A stretch of 60,713 bases of DNA from Savitreella phatthalungensis (lineage: Eukaryota), in NCBI GenBank assembly GCA_051599415.1, contig AP039691.1, forward strand, positions 682,001 through 742,713, given 5' to 3'. The position numbers and the translations under genes are program-made. Position 1 is the stretch's first letter. Every line of letters starts with the position of its first letter. The notes beneath the pieces are model-generated. The model saw nothing but the letters and a program-made list of their open reading frames with translations. It searched no databases and was not told where the DNA came from. Below, one piece after another: positions 54,391 to 60,713 of this stretch.

Positions 54391-56682
54391 TCAGGCGCGG
54401 GCGGCGCGGGCAGCGGCCACCATATTCTGCAATTGAGCGGTGCACTCTTCCCAAGTACGGGTCTTGAGACCGCAATCAGGGTTGAGCCACAAGCTCGAGT
54501 GAGGAACAACCTTTGCCATGGCTGCAATACGCTCGTCAAACTCCTGCTGCTTTGGAACACGAGGCGAGTGGATATCGAAAAGTCCTGGGCCGACGTTGAC
54601 CTTGTAGTTCTTGGTCTTGAAGACATCGAGCAACTTGAGGTCAGATTTGGATGCCTCACACGAGAGGACATCAGTGTCGAGTGCCTCGATCGCGTCGAAA
54701 ATCTCGTTGAAATCAGAGTAGCAAAAGTGTGAGTGGATCTGCGTGGCGTCCTGAACGCCGGCAGTTGCAAGGCGGAACGACTCGACGGCCCAAGCGAAGT
54801 AAGCGTCCCACTCGCTGCGCTTGAGCGGGCAGCCCTCACGAAGAGCGGGCTCGTCTACCTGGATGACGTTGATGCCGCCCTTCTCGAGGTCATTGACCTC
54901 GTCGCGAAGAGCGAGAGCGAGCTGCTTTGCCTGCACCTCCTCCGAGACATCGTCACGACGGAACGACCAGCGGAGAATGGTAACCGGGCCAGTGAGCATG
55001 CCCTTCATGGGCTTGCTCGTCAGGGACTGGGCATAAACGGACTCCTTGACAGTCATGGCCGCAGGTCTGTCGATGTCGCCGACGATGAGCGGCGGGCGGA
55101 CGTAGCGCGAGCCGAACGACTGCACCCATCCGTTGGTGGTGAATGCAAAGCCGTTCATGCGCTCGCCAAAGTACTGCACCATGTCATTGCGTTCGGGTTC
55201 GCCGTGCACGTACACATCGAGGCCAACCTCGTCCTGGAACTTGACCACAGCCTGGATTTCCTTCTCGATGAAGCGCTCGTACTCCTCAGGAGAGATCTCG
55301 CCCTTCGTGAACTTCTGTCGGGCGATACGGATGTCCTTCGTCTGAGGGAAAGAGCCGATGGTGGTGGTCGGTAGGTCTGGCAGCTTTAGACTCTCACGCT
55401 GAATCTTGTCACGCGACTCGAAGGGCGAGATACGCTTGCCCTGTTGTGCTGTAATGGCCGCAACGCGCTCCTGAACGGTCGCGTTGTTGGTGATTTTGGA
55501 TGACTTGCGGGCTGCCATCGACTTGGCGTTGGCCTCGAGCTCTGCGGAGACATCGTCGCCATTGACGGCACGAGCGATCGTGGCAACCTCGGCGACTTTC
55601 TGTTTTGCGAAGGCAAAGAAGTCATAGAGCTCTGGAGCGATCTTCTTTTCCGACTCCAGATTCACAGGACAGTGTAGGAGCGAGGATGAGGTCGCCACCT
55701 GGACGCGGTCAGAGCCAAGCTTCTCGACGGCGGCCTTGACTGTGGCGATGGCGCGCTCGTAAGAGACCTTCCAGATGTCGCGGCCAGAGACGACACCAGC
55801 GGAGAAAACCTGCGAGTCAGAGATGTTGGCAAGAACAGCATCGAGCTGGTGCGCGGCCGAGCGCGAGACTAGATCGGCGTGGATACCATGAACCTTGAGT
55901 CCCTTGAGTACAGAGACGTCGGTGACGGCGTCGAAGTAGGAGGTGAGCATCAGCTTCGGGCCAGCCGTCGAAAGCTGTGCGTACGTGTCAGCGTACAGGC
56001 TCGTGACGTCGCTCTCGAGTTCGTAAACGAGGATCGGCTCATCGATCTGGACCCATTCGGCGCCAGCAGACTTGAGCTGGCCGAGGAGCTCCTGGTAGAC
56101 CGGGATCAGCTTGGACAGCGATTCCAGAGGCTTCTTTGATGAACCCTTGGCAGTCTTGGACAAGTAGAGGAAGGTGACAGGTCCGATGAGGACAGGACGG
56201 GTTTCAACGCCCAATTCCTTTGCCTCAAGGTACTCCTCGAGTGGCTTGTTCACGTTGATCTTGAACTGCGTGTCGTCGGCAATCTCGGGCCGCATGAAGT
56301 GGTAGTTCGAGTCGAACCACTTGACCATCTCCTGCGAGACGACGTCGACAGCGGGCTTTCCATCGCGGGCAGGTCTCTGCAGACCACGGCCCATGGCGAA
56401 GAGCAGGTCGACGGCTGGCAGGTCAAATTCAACATATCGCTGCGGGACGACGTTGAACAGGAGAGAGTGATCGAGCACCTGGTCGTACAAGGAAAAGTCG
56501 TTAGATGGAATGACCTCGACGCCCTGGCTCTTTTGCAACTGCCAGTTGTCGGCACGGATCTGCTTAGCCACCTTCTGGAGCTCCTCCACAGAGGTCTTAC
56601 CGGACCAGTATGCCTCGGTGATCTTCTTGAGCTCGCGGTTGGCGCCAATGCGCGGGAAACCGAGAACAGCACTCGAGACCAT
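54391..56682 (-). CDS. MET6: Cobalamin-independent methionine synthase
   Basis: LGFPRIG, KWFDSNYH, PTTTIGSFPQT, HGEPERNDMV, HFC Zn ligands and NPDCGLKTR. Confidence 0.97.
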   Translation of the reverse strand: MVSSAVLGFPRIGANRELKKITEAYWSGKTSVEELQKVAKQIRADNWQLQKSQGVEVIPSNDFSLYDQVLDHSLLFNVVPQRYVEFDLPAVDLLFAMGRGLQRPARDGKPAVDVVSQEMVKWFDSNYHFMRPEIADDTQFKINVNKPLEEYLEAKELGVETRPVLIGPVTFLYLSKTAKGSSKKPLESLSKLIPVYQELLGQLKSAGAEWVQIDEPILVYELESDVTSLYADTYAQLSTAGPKLMLTSYFDAVTDVSVLKGLKVHGIHADLVSRSAAHQLDAVLANISDSQVFSAGVVSGRDIWKVSYERAIATVKAAVEKLGSDRVQVATSSSLLHCPVNLESEKKIAPELYDFFAFAKQKVAEVATIARAVNGDDVSAELEANAKSMAARKSSKITNNATVQERVAAITAQQGKRISPFESRDKIQRESLKLPDLPTTTIGSFPQTKDIRIARQKFTKGEISPEEYERFIEKEIQAVVKFQDEVGLDVYVHGEPERNDMVQYFGERMNGFAFTTNGWVQSFGSRYVRPPLIVGDIDRPAAMTVKESVYAQSLTSKPMKGMLTGPVTILRWSFRRDDVSEEVQAKQLALALRDEVNDLEKGGINVIQVDEPALREGCPLKRSEWDAYFAWAVESFRLATAGVQDATQIHSHFCYSDFNEIFDAIEALDTDVLSCEASKSDLKLLDVFKTKNYKVNVGPGLFDIHSPRVPKQQEFDERIAAMAKVVPHSSLWLNPDCGLKTRTWEECTAQLQNMVAAARAARA

Positions 56683-56733
56683 GGCTTCTATGTTGTGTCT
56701 TTTACTTCAGAAACTTTGGAGAAGCTGCGAAAA

Positions 56734-56762
56734 TTTATAGAGCAACAAGCCACGTGCACGTG
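56734..56762 (-). promoter_or_regulatory. MET6 promoter: TATA-like box plus tandem CACGTG E-boxes
   Basis: TATAAA on the minus strand at ~56734-56739; CACGTGCACGTG at 56751-56762. Confidence 0.5.
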
Positions 56763-56943
56763 CGTTATTCTATGGTTCGCAGCTTAGCCGGCCGGCGCGC
56801 TGTCAGTAAGGCCCGGTCGCATAGAATTGCGAAAAAAGGCCAGATCGGTATAAGAAATTCATATATAAATTTAGTATGCGTTCATATATACCGGCATGAT
56901 GGTAGATAGTATACATCATTCAAGGGCATCCGGCGCGCTAGCC

Positions 56944-57747
56944 TCACAGCTCTACAGTGGCCTTGATAGCATCGAGCGCATCGTCCAGCCGGCGCTGCCA
57001 CAAGTTATGCTGCTCCAAGCGCCGCTTTCGCAGTTGCGCAATCTCCGCATCAGAGGACCATCCGGACGTGACCATTTGATGTTCGGTGGCTTCGAATGCT
57101 GCATCCTCCTCCTGCATCTGCCGCATAATATCCTCCAGCGATGGATGGCGGAACTCCGCCACAACCTCGGGCAGAGTCGGCAGACGACGTGATGCAGACG
57201 TCGAGTCCATCGAGCTCGATGAACGATCGCCGATCGTCGGAGGTACAGGTGGCAGGACATCTACATCCACGTCTGGGAAAAGTTCGGATCCTTCTTCCTT
57301 CTCACTGGCGGGGTCGTCTAGCTTTGAAAGCTGCGGTAGCGACGGTTTGCTGCGCAGAGAGCGCAAGGAATCTACTGTATTGCTGCGAGACCGTCCAGTC
57401 GTTGTGCTGGAGCTGGATGTCTCGTCGCGCGATTCGCGCCGGCGAATTTGCATCATCTTCTTGCCGAAGCCGCGCAGCGCATCCGCGCTTTTCCTCAGCC
57501 GATGCGAAGGACCATTATCATGGTGCGTCAGCAGGGCTGGGGCAGACTCAAAGGCTGAGGGATCAAGTCCAAGCGAACCTCTCCTCGTCGAAAAGTAAAA
57601 TGGATCCCAATCATCTTCGTCATCGCTCGACGTCCGTCCATCATCTTCACCGGTCCAAGTACCTCTTTCATGTGTCATTGAATGTCTGGCTGTTGTCATT
57701 CCTCGTCCGACGTCGCTGTTGCCTCGTCGCCGACCTAGAAGTCCCAT
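56944..57747 (-). CDS. Hypothetical protein with helical C-terminal domain
   Basis: 267-aa ORF; Ser/Arg-rich N-terminus; ordered-looking C-terminus (SGWSSDAEIAQLRKRR..W). Confidence 0.65.
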   Translation of the reverse strand: MGLLGRRRGNSDVGRGMTTARHSMTHERGTWTGEDDGRTSSDDEDDWDPFYFSTRRGSLGLDPSAFESAPALLTHHDNGPSHRLRKSADALRGFGKKMMQIRRRESRDETSSSSTTTGRSRSNTVDSLRSLRSKPSLPQLSKLDDPASEKEEGSELFPDVDVDVLPPVPPTIGDRSSSSMDSTSASRRLPTLPEVVAEFRHPSLEDIMRQMQEEDAAFEATEHQMVTSGWSSDAEIAQLRKRRLEQHNLWQRRLDDALDAIKATVEL

Positions 57748-59455
57748 CACCGCCCGTCGCTAGGTCGTCTTGGTGCTTGGTCGTCGCTTTTTTGTCTCAC
57801 TAGCTATCAAGAAGAGGAATTTTCAACCCGACGATTTCTCCAACGGTGCAATCTGAGCACAGTCAACCAAAAGATGCACCAGCTGTCAAGGGCCGATCGG
57901 TATGAAATCTGGTTCCTTTTGATTGCGCAAATGCATTGTATCGGGCGAAGGTCAATCAAATTCTGCACATGTCCGTTCCCCAGGCTTGGCGATCGAACAG
58001 CCAGCTTTCTTCTTCTTGGCTGGTACATCCATGGTACAGCGCTGCAAGCCGGGTGCTCCTTGAATTTATAGGGCCATGCTCGACAAGCACAGGGCTGCGT
58101 CGGCAACGCGCTCTTGAACAGAATCATTTATAGCAAGAGCTTCAAGGACGTGCACGGCAAGCAGGTCTACATTCCAGGTCAAATCTACATACAAGCCGGC
58201 TTTTGAAGCGTTCGCGGATGTCGCTTCGCGGTAATGATATGGTGATATGATGATCCGAGCAAGCAACTGAAAATAGCGCAAGTGACGATGTCAGATGAGA
58301 ACCTCGCAAGAGCGGTACAAGTAATGGTCTGACAGACTCTGCTATAGTGGCTTGTGCGTCAAACTTATAGCCCTAGGTAGACACGGGGAGAGCCATGCAA
58401 CATGCGCAGTTTTCGGGGGTTTCCGCGAAAATCTGCAGCCCTGTCGGCTATCTCGCGATAGTCCAGGCTACAGATTTGATCCTGTGGAAGAAACCACTTC
58501 ATACGCCGAAGTTCACGTAACCACATTTCTACCAATGAGGTCGACAGCTTTGAGAATCGCCATGCGATGCAATGACAAGTTGTGCAATATATTCCTGCTG
58601 GGATCATGCGGCTTTGGCGTCGAAAGTGCTGATCTTTATCAGATCAGTTGTGATATGGCAAATGAGATTTTGCACGTGTATGCAAATTGTTCAGTATTTG
58701 CGAACACAGCGCTTCCGGAAGACCTTGCACAAACAGTTCTCGAAAGCTATCACGTGCGTGGAAGATGTAGCTTGCCGGCAGGCTGCAACAACCTGTGGAA
58801 CGGCTCGCAACAAGACTTGTTTGCTGTCACGAGTCCGTATCCCAAATATTCAAGATACGCTTAACGAAGGCAAACTAATTTGTAAATAGCTCTCTGTAGA
58901 ATATCGAGTTCATGAAGCCTTCAACCCAGGGATGGAAATGTGAGATCCGAACCGGTGGATCAAGCCACATCGGAAATAATACCACACCTTTCGAGACACT
59001 GCTGCTCACGCTCTTTGTGACAGACCAGGAGAAGGAGCTATGCATGCAAGCTGCCCGGGAGTACAACGCAAAGGTAAACGAGTCTGGAAAGGTTACTGCA
59101 TGTCAAACATGAGCTGAATTCAAATATCCCCTATTCCCGACGTCTTCAGCTCGTCAAAAGCAGCCGCATTCCGAATGTTATTGCGTTCAAGCATTCCAAA
59201 CTGTTTCCAGTGCACCCAAGATATAGCCATAATCTTGAAGATGAGACACTGTATGACATCCCCGACTGTGAGTTGAGGATCAGGGACGGCTCTAATTGCA
59301 TCTCAAACTGCAGCACACAACAGATTTGAACCCGTGGAAAGAAGGGTTCAGCACAGCGCAAGCAATGATTTTGACAAGCAAAGGTGGAGGCAACAATGCA
59401 TGCCATGTGACATTGTAGTCAATGGATGCTACACAAAAGGTGCCAGTGCAAATAT

Positions 59456-59710
59456 CAGTCAAAGGAATGGGAATGCAGGCAACATGGTATGGTCAGGGCC
59501 AAGCAGGTGGTGATCATTACAAGCAGAGACAGAGTCAGTGGCAGGGACCAGGTGACAAGTGACAGTGCAGCAAAGACAGTCAAAGGAATGAGAATGCAGG
59601 CAACAGAGTAGGGTCAGATCCAAGCAAGTGGTGTTTATGACAAGCAGAGACAGAGTCAGTGGCAGGGACCAGGCAACAAATGACAGTGACAAGTGACAGT
59701 GCAGGAAAGA
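59456..59710. repeat. Subtelomeric imperfect direct repeat, two copies, 121-bp period
   Basis: CAGTCAAAGGAATG...GTGACAGTGCAG begins at both 59456 and 59577. Confidence 0.9.
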
Positions 59711-59915
59711 TATATCAAGTGATGTTGCAGTGTTTAACAGATGATAGCATTTGACAGATGGGAGTGCAGTAATGAAACAGGGTACAGTCCAGACAAGAGT
59801 AAGTGACAGAAACAGGAAACAGGAATGACAGGTGAACAGCAATTGGCAGATCAAGGGTTTGACAAATGCCAGGCCACAGAGCAGGGCAGAGGGTCAGGTG
59901 ACAGAGCAGGTGACA

Positions 59916-60195
59916 GCGTTTGACAGATGATGGTGCAGGTAAAGGCATTTGACAGATGTGTTGCAGGTAAAAGCGTTTGACAGATGTGTTGCAGGTAAAG
60001 ATGTTTGACAGGTGGCAGTGCAGGTAACAGCATTTGACAGGCGACATGCAGGTAACGGCATTTGGCAGGAGACGGTGCATTTGAAGATGAAACAGATGGA
60101 TGCAGGTAACAGCATAAGGCAGGTATCATGCGGGTAACAGCATTTGGCAGGTGACGGTGCAATTGCAGATGAAACAGATGGCAGGGCGGTTAACA
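59916..60195. repeat. Subtelomeric degenerate ~27-28 bp tandem repeat
   Basis: Repeated GC(A/G)TTTG(A/G)CAG...TGCAGGTAA units. Confidence 0.85.
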
Positions 60196-60486
60196 GTGGG
60201 AATGTGAGGGGCAAATGGCATGGGATGTTTCAGGTGAACAGGAAAGAGAGTGTCAGATAGGTGAGGGATTAAGAGCAGGAGTACAGCAGAGAGAGGAGCA
60301 GCAAGGAGACAGCAAGATGATGACAATGTTGAAGACCAGCAGGCGCGTATGCGTGCAGACAAGTGTAGTGTAGCGAGGCAGCAGGCATGAGCAAAGAAAC
60401 AAGGTTAGCAGGCAAGCAAGCGAGCAAGCGAGCAAAGCGGAGCAAGGGTTGGGGCATTGGTTAGTTTGACGGCGGTTAGTTTTTGT

Positions 60487-60646
60487 GGGTCAGGGTCAGG
60501 GTCAGGGTCAGGGTCATTTTTTTTGGGTTAGGTTTAGGGTTAGGGTTAGGGTTAGGGTTAGGGTTAGGGTTAGGGGTTAGGGTTAGGGTTAGGGTTAGGG
60601 TTAGGGTTAGGGTTAGGGTTAGGGTTAGGGTTAGGGTTAGGGTTAG
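60487..60646 (+). repeat. Telomere: 5x GGGTCA variant repeats, T8, then ~120 bp (TTAGGG)n
   Basis: G-rich strand runs 5'->3' toward the contig end; rare variant units. Confidence 0.97.
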
Positions 60647-60647
60647 T

Positions 60648-60713
60648 CTGTTCTCGCAAAGGCAGAAAGTAGTCTTAACCTTAGCAATACGTAACTGAAC
60701 GAAGTAGAGGACA
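60648..60713. other. Sequencing artefact: Oxford Nanopore native barcode (NB06) and ligation adapter
   Basis: TTCTCGCAAAGGCAGAAAGTAGTC (60651-60674) + TTAACCTT flank + AGCAATACGTAACTGAACGAAGT (60683-60705), the reverse complement of the ONT adapter. Barcode number is from memory. Confidence 0.93.

Noticed and set aside
54313..56787. Long antisense ORFs over MET6 (likewise over RPP1, ECM33, ACO2 and the BVMO)
   Set aside because: Expected from strong codon bias of the sense genes.
58352..59112. Cys-containing subtelomeric ORFs as effector candidates
   Set aside because: No ATG plus signal peptide and no reliable splice model.
59459..60698. Cys/His/Leu-rich and (RV)n/(LG)n ORFs; CRISPR-like periodicity
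   Set aside because: Translations of subtelomeric and telomeric repeats; no unique spacers; eukaryotic context.
1..60713. Telomerase RNA, snRNAs, 5S rRNA, TPP riboswitch, transposons
   Set aside because: Looked by eye for template and hallmark motifs and found none; an Infernal scan would be needed to exclude them.

Overview
A 60.7 kb gene-dense fungal chromosome end. Short (~50 nt) GT-AG introns with CTRAY branch points next to the 3' splice site, TTAGGG telomeres and the gene set suggest an early-diverging ascomycete (Taphrinomycotina-like; this is an inference). About 35 protein-coding genes are supported. They include the 5' part of RNR1, HSK3, CMC4, an SCPx thiolase, MNN9, RHO1, a CFEM protein, CBK1/orb6, an RGS protein, cwf18, PET8, a Baeyer-Villiger monooxygenase, ECM33, SERF, RPP1, an Mss116-like helicase, ACO2, SOG2, AVT2, DeSI, RBG1 and MET6. 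Three small spliced genes (HSK3, CMC4, SERF) and the RNR1 start are invisible in the ORF track. There is one intron-containing tRNA gene with a Gly(GCC) anticodon but non-glycine acceptor identity and a compensated A53:U61 pair. The window ends with a CpG-erased subtelomeric repeat block, a short telomere, and an untrimmed Oxford Nanopore barcode and adapter. Most notable: the atypical tRNA, CpG-directed hypermutation of the subtelomeric repeats, an SCPx thiolase with several altered signature residues, and the very tight DeSI-AVT2-SOG2 arrangement. All gene names come from remembered motifs; no searches were run.
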